Shown one piece after another: positions 19,801 to 28,803 of a DNA stretch of 64,000 nt (position 1 is the stretch's first letter; each line of letters opens with the position of its first letter). The stretch is from an uncultured virus (IMG/VR IMGVR_UViG_3300042429_001351). Its lineage: Duplodnaviria; Heunggongvirae; Uroviricota; Caudoviricetes. The stretch is from IMG/VR virus record IMGVR_UViG_3300042429_001351, one strand, 5' to 3'. Both the position numbers and the translations under genes were made by a program. The notes beneath the pieces are model-generated. The model was not told the DNA's origin and did not search any database. It was given only the letters and a program-made list of their open reading frames with translations.

Positions 19801-22800
19801 AGCACTGCGAAGTCGTGACGAAACACCGAATATTGGCTTATTAACCCCGACTAATTGTCTTTCATCTGATGGCCCTAGATTGCTGACAATAGTGTCTTCG
19901 GTGTCTCCCACGACAAGATAGGCCGAACCACGAAGGTTATCTTCCCATCTTATGTACGAATCTTGGTCTTTGACATCTATTGCAAAGGGGCCAGCTCCCC
20001 GTGCGGTATTTTGTGCTTCCGTGTAATACTTCGCTACGTCCTCTGGGATATCTGCAGCGGCATTTCTACCGTAGTATCCATCTGTAGTAACACCGCTTGA
20101 TGCTGGATATGCGCTCAAAAATCCAAAGTCTGGGCTTTCGTTAATTCTCGCTGCGAGTTTGCTGGCTCGAGTTTGTTGTGCCTGAAGTTCCGTGAGCCTT
20201 CTGTTCCCATCTTCAATCAAGGGCCTTATTCCGTCTCGCAGTGGAAGTGCTGTTATATCTAGTTCTTCGCCCTGTTTGGCGCCATACTGGGAGGAAATAC
20301 CGAGCAGTGAATTGATTGAATCTGCTTCTTCCCTGTTTTGTGGTGTGAACTTTGTTTGTCCTGCATTCAGGGCAGACATTATTGTTTCATATGTTGCTAA
20401 TTTTTTTGCATCTTGTCGGAATTTTTCATTAAAATTACCAATTTGCATTCTGTTTAGGGCGCCAGTATCGCCAGGTGAACCAGCTCCCATCCCAGCAGTA
20501 GATGTTCGTGAAGGATTAAGAACTCCGCCATCCAGTTGCGCCTTGCCTACGTGAATCACAGCTTCTTGATTACCGTCGAGTTTGAACGCTTCAATATCGC
20601 CATCGTTTCTTCGTTTTTGGAGTTCTTTACCCTCCTCGACGAGTCTTCTGTATTCTTCCTCAGGCACGTCTTCTATGTCGAGAATTCCTTGCTCTACTCT
20701 TTCCTTCTTGGTGCGCGCTAAGAATTCCTGAAGAACGACTTCTTTTTTAGAATCAGAAATTTTCTTTTCTAATTCTTGTTTGAACTTGGCGAGCCCCTCT
20801 TTCTCAACTTCTTCTTTTGTTAGGTTGCGTGGAGTTACGTCAGCGTCAAATCCGTCTAGGGATGTCTTGTCTTTACCGCGAGATAGGACAACTCCAAACT
20901 CCCCACCTCTCCACTCACCAGTCGCCTCAAGTGCAGCCATGGCTTTCTCTAAACTATCGACCCTATTCCTGGCTTTTTCGCTTCGTTTATCTTGCTTATC
21001 AGTTGATTCGGAAACTATATTTCTAAAGTTTTGAGGAGCCAGGGAAACATCCATCGAGCCAGTTACGCCGCCATTCCGCTCAAGTACTTGCTGTTCAAAA
21101 TCAACGATTGCTTTTTCGAAATCATTCTGAGCTTCAGTAACTCTTTCCTTTTGCGACTTCATATCGAGGACGGTGGTTGGAAGGTTCTTTTCTATGGCTT
21201 TATCAACCAACGCTGCCATTACCATTCCTGCCGCCTCAGAGTCTGCGTCGGCAGTGTGATGCTTGGAACCCAAATCAACGCCAAGATATGCCGTAATATC
21301 TGCTAGTCCATTTGATGCTTTTCTTGTTTCTGGAATCACAGTGCCGTCATCCAGTATTTTTTCTTTTACGAGCTTGGATGGGCCTTCTGGGTTTTCAGGT
21401 GTCCAGCGTGGCAGTGTGTGCTCTGATATGTCTTTTGTATCTAGGTAACCAGAAGGCCTCCACTGAATCCCAAGTTTTTCTAGAGTCGCATCAAGTACAT
21501 CTTTGTCAAACGGTGCATATTGAACTCCAAATATTGCATTTTCGCCGGCAAAATCCGCAAGCATCTGATGGGCCTTTAGCATGCTTTCCTGGGTGTCCAA
21601 ATACGCATCGGTCAGTACATTGCCATCTTTGTCTTTAAGGTATTTCGCAGACCATTCACCTAATGGTTGGTCTGGTTTCATGAATACATTAAGGCGGTCA
21701 ATTACTTTTCCACCCTTCATTCGTACGGCACCTATTTGGACCGGAGAACCCTTGCCTATAGTGCGACCGTCGCTGTCGTTTTCTATTCCAGTTGTTTCAT
21801 AGTCAAAGAAGATTATTTCTGTTTCGTCATATATTTTTTTAAACTCTTCCCAGGTTTTTGCGCTTCCAAATATTTTTTGAGCATCGCCGAGAAATGAACC
21901 ATACGTAGGTTCGCGCGGGTAGCGCGGTTTGTCTTGCTCGACAGACATTGCACCAGTAATCCCACTTCGCAGACGAGCTGCGCTGAGTGGCTGCCATTGC
22001 TTTTTAGGTTTTTTGTTTTTATTTCTAGCTTTTCTTTCGTCTTGTTTTACCCACCCCTGAACCTGTTGTGCATGCAGGCTGGTTCGGCGCTGGCCACCAC
22101 CCATGTCCATCGCCCCAGTTAGATTCCATGTTCCAGGTCGAACACCAAAGGTCCCAGACCCTGAATCGTTGAGTCTTCGTGTCACTTCTGCGGAGGTCAT
22201 CGGCGTTCCAGGAATTCCTATTCTTGCCGTTCGTGAAGGCCCGGTACCTGAAGCCGCGACTGCATCAGAGAATTCTTGAACATAATTGGCGTTTCTCGTA
22301 CTCTGTCTAACCGGTCCCCTACCACCTGGTCTTGGTGACCTGAGATTAAGCGGGTATCTTTGCGGCGAGAGCATTCTGGCCTGGCTGTTAGTTTCGCCAT
22401 AGAGTCTTCTAGCTGCGTAATACTCTGCTCTTGTCTCAATAGGGTTAGAAGCAGCATATTCCCCACCAGCAAATTGAGCCATAAGCATTAGGTCTTCAGC
22501 TGTATCGGTAATGTTGTTTACTACCGCTTCAGTAAATGCGTCGTAAAACTCAACGAGGTCTTTTTGTAGGTCTGCAGAGTTAAAGTTTCCGCGTCCTCCC
22601 ATGTACTGTCTAGTCTTGAGATTTTGAGCGGCATCCATTACGAGCTGGATGCTCGGACTATTCATTGGATTCCGCATGTTGGTGAAATCTATTTCCCATC
22701 CACCGTTCTCTTTTCCAGGACGCCAAGCTGGTGCTCCACCAGTAGTGGCACTGCCGGCAAAGTATGTAGGGTTTGACGGGTATCGAGCCATTCTGTTTAC

Positions 22801-24282
22801 GTCGAATCCAAGAGCCTGCAATGCTGTAGAGAAGTGCGCAAGGTGTCCAAATTCGTGAGTGGCCGTATAGTGCATGTCGCCCTCGACGGAATCATGTATT
22901 CCGCCACTGCGTGCATCGCCGTTATGAAAACCTAACGAGCTCTGGAACAGAGCTGCAGGGTTTATTCTCATAATGACGTGAACTCCGCCCTGTCCGGCAT
23001 TCCGTCCAGCCACTAGTTTTTTCCCTGCAGCACTTACAAGTCTCCCGTTGGAATCTATAGCTGGTCCGAAATGGTCCAGTGAAACTTCAAATGCACTCCC
23101 CATGTTGTAATCAACCTGGAACTGAGTTACTAATTTTGCATGGTCCGGATTCGCAATTGCCTCAACAATTGTTGCCTCCCAGAACGCCCGAATTCCCCTT
23201 TTTGCCTCACCCTTTTGCTCCCATCTCAGATTCGATGGAATCGCATTTTGGAAATATGCTTTAAATTCATTCGGCTCAACATTGGGGAACATTTGTGTCA
23301 TTACCCTCATGAAGGTTGCTTCATCGGTAATGTCTCCGATGTCGTCACCGTTCGGAAGTTTTATCAATCCGGAACGTATCATCTCGTGATTTGTCATAGC
23401 AAGCATCGTTGACCGTTTACCACGTTGGGTTTTTTCTTTCCGGCCCAAAAGATAAGGTTCACTTGGTCCAGACCTTCTGGATGGGTCATACCTCTGACCG
23501 ACACCTCCAGACATTGCTCCAACAATTCGCCCACCAACAGCCATTCGGCTAGATACTTCGTCGTACCCCATGTCCAAAAAATCTTGCTGGGTTAGGTTGT
23601 TCATGTCTCTTGCTGCTTGGAATCCACTTGGGGTTCTTCCACCAACTTGTGACGCATCCGCAATTGCACTTCCTGCACGTCTTGCTATTCGTCCTGCGCT
23701 TCCGGCGGCTGTGCGTGGAGAGACAATAAAACAGTTAGACATTCTTTGGTCAGTAAACTGGTTTGCTGCCGGACTTCCTTCAGGACAGCGAAGTTTGTTC
23801 TTGTCATCCACCCATGGCTTTAAACCAAACTTCCCCATCATGGAGCGTGCAAGAAGGGTATCTATTTCGTCCCTAAGTTTCGGACCAAGAGACTTTGAGT
23901 CAAGATGTAAATCTGGGTGTTTAAATTTAACTTTCGGCTTTTTTGTTTGATATTCTTTTTGCAAATTGTAATAATTTGTATCTGTATGCAATGGGTTGCC
24001 AAACTTACACAAATGCATAGTCATCCCTGGTGGGATTAGGGGAAGTGGGTCACTTTGCTTCCATGTTTTAAGAAATGCGTCGTATGGATTCTTAAAAGGA
24101 TTTTCTTCTTCTTTTGATTTTTCGTCTTTTGGTTTAGACTCTTTTGGCTTGGCTTCTTTTATGTCAAGGGTCGGACCAGTAATTAATTTTGCGTCCTTGT
24201 TTTTGACAGCTCTCGCTATCGCCCTGTTGATGAAATCGTTTTGTCTATAGCCCACTGAAGGTCTCCCAGCGCGAAGCCACAC
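16870..24282 (-). CDS. 2470 aa polyvalent protein/polyprotein: zincin, DEDDh exonuclease, ART-like, DUF3626-like, second zincin
   Basis: THEFGH and VHEMGH (HExxH) motifs with downstream YA/GxxNxxExxAE; IIFFDYETTG...FD...HHTADAD exonuclease motifs; six [ILV]TG[AES]M motifs; start codon uncertain. Confidence 0.8.
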   Translation of the reverse strand: MWLRAGRPSVGYRQNDFINRAIARAVKNKDAKLITGPTLDIKEAKPKESKPKDEKSKEEENPFKNPYDAFLKTWKQSDPLPLIPPGMTMHLCKFGNPLHTDTNYYNLQKEYQTKKPKVKFKHPDLHLDSKSLGPKLRDEIDTLLARSMMGKFGLKPWVDDKNKLRCPEGSPAANQFTDQRMSNCFIVSPRTAAGSAGRIARRAGSAIADASQVGGRTPSGFQAARDMNNLTQQDFLDMGYDEVSSRMAVGGRIVGAMSGGVGQRYDPSRRSGPSEPYLLGRKEKTQRGKRSTMLAMTNHEMIRSGLIKLPNGDDIGDITDEATFMRVMTQMFPNVEPNEFKAYFQNAIPSNLRWEQKGEAKRGIRAFWEATIVEAIANPDHAKLVTQFQVDYNMGSAFEVSLDHFGPAIDSNGRLVSAAGKKLVAGRNAGQGGVHVIMRINPAALFQSSLGFHNGDARSGGIHDSVEGDMHYTATHEFGHLAHFSTALQALGFDVNRMARYPSNPTYFAGSATTGGAPAWRPGKENGGWEIDFTNMRNPMNSPSIQLVMDAAQNLKTRQYMGGRGNFNSADLQKDLVEFYDAFTEAVVNNITDTAEDLMLMAQFAGGEYAASNPIETRAEYYAARRLYGETNSQARMLSPQRYPLNLRSPRPGGRGPVRQSTRNANYVQEFSDAVAASGTGPSRTARIGIPGTPMTSAEVTRRLNDSGSGTFGVRPGTWNLTGAMDMGGGQRRTSLHAQQVQGWVKQDERKARNKNKKPKKQWQPLSAARLRSGITGAMSVEQDKPRYPREPTYGSFLGDAQKIFGSAKTWEEFKKIYDETEIIFFDYETTGIENDSDGRTIGKGSPVQIGAVRMKGGKVIDRLNVFMKPDQPLGEWSAKYLKDKDGNVLTDAYLDTQESMLKAHQMLADFAGENAIFGVQYAPFDKDVLDATLEKLGIQWRPSGYLDTKDISEHTLPRWTPENPEGPSKLVKEKILDDGTVIPETRKASNGLADITAYLGVDLGSKHHTADADSEAAGMVMAALVDKAIEKNLPTTVLDMKSQKERVTEAQNDFEKAIVDFEQQVLERNGGVTGSMDVSLAPQNFRNIVSESTDKQDKRSEKARNRVDSLEKAMAALEATGEWRGGEFGVVLSRGKDKTSLDGFDADVTPRNLTKEEVEKEGLAKFKQELEKKISDSKKEVVLQEFLARTKKERVEQGILDIEDVPEEEYRRLVEEGKELQKRRNDGDIEAFKLDGNQEAVIHVGKAQLDGGVLNPSRTSTAGMGAGSPGDTGALNRMQIGNFNEKFRQDAKKLATYETIMSALNAGQTKFTPQNREEADSINSLLGISSQYGAKQGEELDITALPLRDGIRPLIEDGNRRLTELQAQQTRASKLAARINESPDFGFLSAYPASSGVTTDGYYGRNAAADIPEDVAKYYTEAQNTARGAGPFAIDVKDQDSYIRWEDNLRGSAYLVVGDTEDTIVSNLGPSDERQLVGVNKPIFGVSSRLRSARQPENYNLAAHALMARAVKLKKEGIDPSPEKVLSAPLYQSSSSSGVTGAMRTSMKISSTRKSNRKTAEIKRSINGPGGNFGGDTSVRYIKDLNPADTMLGPTLISETKEARNKERINVLTALKDVIKTDFIPNSEGPQAAAAAPPGSPPPDGPNDDDWKKNIFDVKNALNGLNPDFHRYLNETPIEELKKELEFSILDFHEGLDKQPRTHVPGRFLKDLIENGFKNSHQRNEIVGLDKILAKYEADIGIHPDTPVELRPASGFVLHMDELQREQSDINKFLKNSGKENPERYSPNLVDFPHSKRTRGNDWNFGNAEVILNPGVADRTAYGNGELFNNHIEPVGMNSSDNEVIARAHVDAAFKTDNRAENIIEHLYNSFKNNHDAYRKEKYATSPGRSWEPREAFIAGGFNSDDIDEIKIPFDSIPKNFIDGHPDSPATNSAMGKDAYIKESESFLNGLKEKIISDAAMDRINPTEEERKIIRDMLSSSPRDFVIPDKIQKGMNRFGAAEFDLKQDVDKYLRLEAAEAMRKSMDKKGIKLSITNKYGLNVFDPKAFDKKASKKTTAKEAIRNKIEKQMEDIISDMREAKGGGDKDNIASGITGAMSLSQSTKKKPNTVVESSLTGEMSVGRTLDEVVEKGPKTLPYGRDKSGVVKVASTKEHEAKFGRTAAEQTKYFKKKYDLEMEIDDIFDEGDSYKTAHFASLQALDDILSNFDAEDLFGGRAASDMRFRVKRDLTTNDEEGLLGFVSMDDDAGIIEMEIPVGRISNASDEIADTFVMDTKLRGQALSNLKAQIGKKYHGVHDIFLQFENNNKITRTPENELKIKAKKEEMAKRLAYGVMVHEMGHVLDTLASRKSNNASSWSTSLEKDFGQLSSVTKYGATNNAEKFAEAFSAWWLFGQNKDLDIVPQFRAGADGGLYDFEETEKIRDVASKIVKPIFGRLGSSIKSAKQESVSLDEIPPMVKLYAILSTMKDK

Positions 24283-24332
24283 ATTTACGCTTAGCCCGAT
24301 TTGTTGGTTGGTATGACACCAACAATATTACA

Positions 24333-25829
24333 TTATTCTGTATCGGTCTGATTAAGTTCTTCCTCGACGGCAAGCATCTGGAATTCCATCAGATTTGACA
24401 AGAAGTTCGATTCTGGAGAAACCTCAACAACTTCTGCCGTTTTTTCGGCATCATCAGAAGGACCCCAGCTCATTGGAATTAGGTCCTCAAGACCCAAGGC
24501 TACGGCACGTTTCATGATGTGAGATTTTGCTTCGGCTGGATTCTTCGCTCTACCGAATGCTTGAATCGCATTGCGAAGGTCGGCTTCGTCTTTGACTGGG
24601 AATGAACCATCAGCAAGTGCATGACCTTGTTTTGCCATTGACATTCTCGACTCTTCGGAGTAAGCACGCTTAAGTGCAACTTCTGCAGCTTCTGCTTCAA
24701 TTGCTGATGCTTCTTCCTGTGTGTACTCGTCATAGCCAAGTACTTCTCCATCAAGCGAAACGAATACATCGTACGACTTGCCATTTACGCCTTCAATTTC
24801 AACTGCGTAAACATCAAATCCTTCGAATACGTCTGGCTCTACAGCGACAATATCTCCCTCAACCGACTTGACAGCAATATCTGCTGCTTCGCCAAAGCTC
24901 ACAAGAACTTTGTCTTGAAGGGCTGACTTAACCTCAATCACGTCGTTTGAAAGAACATGCCAACCCATGACTTCTCCGGTCGAACCGTCAAAGAAGATTT
25001 CTACCGGCTTGCCATCTTTTCTTTCAACATCAACAACAAAAAGGTCGGCTTCGTCGGAGTATCCAGAGTCAAGAACTTTTCCTCTGAACATATCTTCGGC
25101 CATGCCTTCGACTTCAATAAGTGCTGGCATTCCTTTTTCAGAAACGCATCCGCCTGGACAGCTGTCGCAAACATTTGCGCCGCCTGGGTACACCTTGCGG
25201 TCGAACGAGCAAACATACGCTTCCTCGTCGAAGTCTGCTGATTTGAATCCCATTGACTGCATGCGACGTTGACGCATCTTTGAGCGATTCTCTTGAGTTG
25301 AACTATAAGAGTCCATCATTTTTTCGTCAGACTCATCTTCCATGTCTTCGTCCGACTCTTCCATTGGAACATTTGACATTTTTCTTACTGGCTTCGCGAC
25401 CGGAGCGACATCCTCATCTTCGTCCATGTCGTCTTCCTCATCCATGTCGTCTTCTTCGTCGAGCATCTCTTCTTCTGCAGGGACAGGCATCATCTTTGGC
25501 TTCTTTTTCTGTGGAGACTCTTGCTCTGTATACATCTCGTCTGCATCTTCTTCGTCGATGATATCCTCGTCGTCGGTCATGGCTTTCTCATCAATCTCTG
25601 TGTCCATGTCTTCATCCATAGCTTCCGCTCCTGGCATTGAGTTCTTTTTCTTTTTGGGTGTATTCATGCCCATCTCGGCCATCGCCTTAACAGATGTAGC
25701 CATGGCTCCACACTTTCCACAAACTTTTGCTCCGGCTTCATAGCCGCACTCTGATGCGTCAAGACCTTTTGCACATTGGGCAACTTCGCCGTCTGAGTCC
25801 AACTTGACGACTGGTGATTTCTGAGTCAT
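24333..25829 (-). CDS. Acidic head-associated protein with Cys clusters, PepSY-like repeats and C-terminal DUF6582-like domain (possible scaffold)
   Basis: Start reassigned to ATG 25829 (AAGGAG RBS, ATGA overlap). D/E/M-rich tract; SFGEAADIAVKSVEGDIVAVE...YAVEIEG...YDVFVSLDGEVL; ALADGSFPVKDEADLRNAIQAFGRA. Confidence 0.65.
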   Translation of the reverse strand: MTQKSPVVKLDSDGEVAQCAKGLDASECGYEAGAKVCGKCGAMATSVKAMAEMGMNTPKKKKNSMPGAEAMDEDMDTEIDEKAMTDDEDIIDEEDADEMYTEQESPQKKKPKMMPVPAEEEMLDEEDDMDEEDDMDEDEDVAPVAKPVRKMSNVPMEESDEDMEDESDEKMMDSYSSTQENRSKMRQRRMQSMGFKSADFDEEAYVCSFDRKVYPGGANVCDSCPGGCVSEKGMPALIEVEGMAEDMFRGKVLDSGYSDEADLFVVDVERKDGKPVEIFFDGSTGEVMGWHVLSNDVIEVKSALQDKVLVSFGEAADIAVKSVEGDIVAVEPDVFEGFDVYAVEIEGVNGKSYDVFVSLDGEVLGYDEYTQEEASAIEAEAAEVALKRAYSEESRMSMAKQGHALADGSFPVKDEADLRNAIQAFGRAKNPAEAKSHIMKRAVALGLEDLIPMSWGPSDDAEKTAEVVEVSPESNFLSNLMEFQMLAVEEELNQTDTE

Positions 25830-26203
25830 GAATTTTGCTCCTTGTATTGCATCGAACTTGACAGACAGCCTTTTGGGTTGCTGCAACCACCACACGGATT
25901 CATGCGTTTTTCGCCTGAAACTATGCAGTGATATTTATATGAAATTTTTTGTTGCTGTACAGGTTTAGCATAACCCATAACAGGGGTTCTTTGGCTGACG
26001 TTACCTACTTTAGGACGTGTGAAGCGTGTCGATTTACCACTTGCGAGATGAGTCTCTTCGGACTTGATTTGAGTCTCGATGACATCCAGTTTCTTATTGA
26101 GTTCTCCCACCAACTCAAAGTTATTTTGGACAATCGCTGAGTCGCGCTCAAATTCAATATTTTTCACAGCGTAATTGAGTAATTCCGTACGTTTCTCGTT
26201 CAT
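25826..26203 (-). CDS. Hypothetical protein, 125 aa, C-terminal Cys cluster
   Basis: ORF within the head operon; YHCIVSGEKRMNPCGGCSNPKGC. Confidence 0.75.
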   Translation of the reverse strand: MNEKRTELLNYAVKNIEFERDSAIVQNNFELVGELNKKLDVIETQIKSEETHLASGKSTRFTRPKVGNVSQRTPVMGYAKPVQQQKISYKYHCIVSGEKRMNPCGGCSNPKGCLSSSMQYKEQNS

Positions 26204-26211
26204 TTCGTGGG

Positions 26212-28704
26212 TTATCCCGAAAAACTAGATAGTTCGTAGTTCTCTAACGGTTGTTCTTTTTCAATTTGGGATATCACATTGACGAGGGCATTAACCCCAT
26301 CAACGCCGACAGAGGCAAGCCCTGTCACCCATATTCCGTCATCGTTTGCGGTTGAATTAAAACCGTGGTATTCAGCGACAGTGTCAACAGCTGATTTGAT
26401 ATCGAATATAAATGATGGGTGAATATCTATCTGGAACCCATCAATTTGATTCGATTGAATCTGGAGGCCAGACTTGACCTCTAGGTCATGATTCTCTGAA
26501 ATTGATACATATACGCTCAACTCAGACTTACCTCTAGCTGCTGCTGCTCTGGCAAGGACGTTGCTTCTACGCTCACGCATAATTGCCTGACGAATCCTTT
26601 TGCGTGCTTTTTCTTCGGTAATCATATTTCTTTTTGCAAGATGTCTGATTGCCGCATCCATAGCGCGCTTTGAATCGCTAGGTGGCTTTGATTCATCAAT
26701 CCCAAATTCACGCAATTGAGCAAGAATATTATCGCCACGATTCCTCAAGCCCATTGCTCCAGTAACCCCACCAGCCGGAACCCTCTGAGGTGGCGCTGGT
26801 ACGGACGGACGGCTCGGGCTTGGTGCTGGAGAAGGGCGGCCTGGGACACGACTTGGAGCAGGCTTCGGAACGCGAACTGGCTCGGGAAGTCTTTCTGGAA
26901 TTTTGTCTGGTATTTCTTCTGGCTTTGCAGGCATTTTGGGCTCAATGTACGGAACATCATCTTCGCCGGTTATGGGGTTCGTGGTTCTGCCATCGCTGTC
27001 GCCGTCGCGTGAAGGTTTACCCATTCGACCAGCAGCACGACGAGCACGACCAATTGTCCCACCGAGAACTTTTTCGTTAATTGCTTCAAGTGCATTCATT
27101 AGCGCATTTTGTGCTTCTGGACCGTACCAGTCCATATTCGGGATAGCAAAACCGTCTGCAAGCAACTCGACTTCAAATCCGTGCGAATTTCCGATTTCAT
27201 TTGCCGCTTCGTACATTTCTACATTTTGTGTTTTCACAAACATATGTAGACCTGGTGTTTCGTCTTTGAAGGATGTCCATGATTTCATTGCCGATTTACC
27301 TGTACCGCATTTTCCGCCACACCCACAATCACTGTGGCTGTCGTCATTTCCATGGAGTTCAGAATCACGACGCATTAGAGAGTCGTAGAAATCTCCACCG
27401 TCAACAAATCTCTTGGGTTTGTCACTGGTAAGGGCAACCGAAGGTCCGCCATCAAGCGGGATATAAACGGTTTCTGGCTTAACTTCGTGCGCCGTGCCAA
27501 ACATAAATCTTTCGCCATCCGGGGTGTGCCATCCAGCCCGCATTGTCGACGTCGAGTTGTCTTTGTCTAAATCAAAGATGACCGTACTTTCATCCGCTTC
27601 ACGGATGGCTACCTGTCCACCGAAATGCATGCTTAGATGGCGAACAAGGTCGCCCATTCTCCCGCTTATAGGGTTTATTGAAGAACTCCCACCAGAGTAA
27701 ATTGACATGTTTTTGACCTCAATTTCGGAGTCTGACTTCTTTTTTGTGTTGTCATATCTGTCCAAAAGCCGACGTCCTTTTGCTGCGAGCTTTGCGGCAT
27801 CCTCGGTGTTCTGTGGCACTGGTTCGCCCCACGCCGCAGCTGAAAGCGCAAGTCGTGTTGGCTTTCCGTTTTCATCCTTCATTGGACCGCTTGGATTAGT
27901 GAAGAATCTTGTAAGGAATGAACCTTTGCGGCGCATCTTTTGTGGAGTGTCAGCAGGACCCTTGACGCCTGGTTTCAAATTTGCACCTTCGGTCTTTTTG
28001 AAGTGAGCCCTACCTGCTGCAGTTAGCCCGCCATCTGGGTCCTTAAGTGCAGACTTTGCCTCTGCGCTATCGGCTGGAACGCAATTTGGGACCATATCCC
28101 CATTCTTTCCCTTTTTCATTCCAACTTGCTTATACCCAGGCCAGCATGGACCTACTTTTGCAGCCTTCACCGATTCATCTGACTTAATCGAGATGGTTCC
28201 AGTTAACTGGTTGGCACCATGAAGAACAGGACTTACCTCGTATAGTTCAACCTCCTTAAGGAGGTTGGCTTGCTTCTTGCTATCGAAGAAGGCATCAAGT
28301 GTTTTGTAACCAATTGACCACTCTTGGTCTTCGCCAAAGAATGTTATGTTATTGAATGCTTCGCGACCGCGTTCCGATTTAAGGTTAAATTGAACTCTCG
28401 TATAGAGTCCACCCACGCCATTTGCTCGCATTTTTGCAGGCAAACGTGGGTCGTTTGGACCAACCTCGTAGATGTCTAAAACTTTACCAATAGGCTCATT
28501 CCAGTTGTGACCCCAAACGACTCGTGGCTTACGTCTACGGAGCGAGGAATCAAAGCAACCAGGCAAGCAAATGTCGCCAACACTGTCCTTGTTCCCAATA
28601 GCGGCAGTGAAACATTCAACGATACCCAATGCCTCATTGGTGCTTATCTGTCCAGGCATGGACTTGTATTGAGTTTCAGTAAAGTTTTCGGTAATATTTG
28701 TCAT
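26212..28704 (-). CDS. HK97-family prohead maturation protease with long C-terminal extension (830 aa)
   Basis: GNKDSVGD, WGHNWNEPIG, WSIGY and LYEVSPVLHGAN motifs; immediately downstream of the portal; extension has a CWPGY...VPNCV motif and a DUF6321-like segment. Confidence 0.9.
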   Translation of the reverse strand: MTNITENFTETQYKSMPGQISTNEALGIVECFTAAIGNKDSVGDICLPGCFDSSLRRRKPRVVWGHNWNEPIGKVLDIYEVGPNDPRLPAKMRANGVGGLYTRVQFNLKSERGREAFNNITFFGEDQEWSIGYKTLDAFFDSKKQANLLKEVELYEVSPVLHGANQLTGTISIKSDESVKAAKVGPCWPGYKQVGMKKGKNGDMVPNCVPADSAEAKSALKDPDGGLTAAGRAHFKKTEGANLKPGVKGPADTPQKMRRKGSFLTRFFTNPSGPMKDENGKPTRLALSAAAWGEPVPQNTEDAAKLAAKGRRLLDRYDNTKKKSDSEIEVKNMSIYSGGSSSINPISGRMGDLVRHLSMHFGGQVAIREADESTVIFDLDKDNSTSTMRAGWHTPDGERFMFGTAHEVKPETVYIPLDGGPSVALTSDKPKRFVDGGDFYDSLMRRDSELHGNDDSHSDCGCGGKCGTGKSAMKSWTSFKDETPGLHMFVKTQNVEMYEAANEIGNSHGFEVELLADGFAIPNMDWYGPEAQNALMNALEAINEKVLGGTIGRARRAAGRMGKPSRDGDSDGRTTNPITGEDDVPYIEPKMPAKPEEIPDKIPERLPEPVRVPKPAPSRVPGRPSPAPSPSRPSVPAPPQRVPAGGVTGAMGLRNRGDNILAQLREFGIDESKPPSDSKRAMDAAIRHLAKRNMITEEKARKRIRQAIMRERRSNVLARAAAARGKSELSVYVSISENHDLEVKSGLQIQSNQIDGFQIDIHPSFIFDIKSAVDTVAEYHGFNSTANDDGIWVTGLASVGVDGVNALVNVISQIEKEQPLENYELSSFSG

Positions 28705-28803
28705 TGTTTACGCGCTTTCAGAGAACTGTATTCACAATAATAAGCGCTGGAGACACTCTTTTGGCATAAGAGCGGATTAAATTACTGGACTTTAATTAAA
28801 GTC

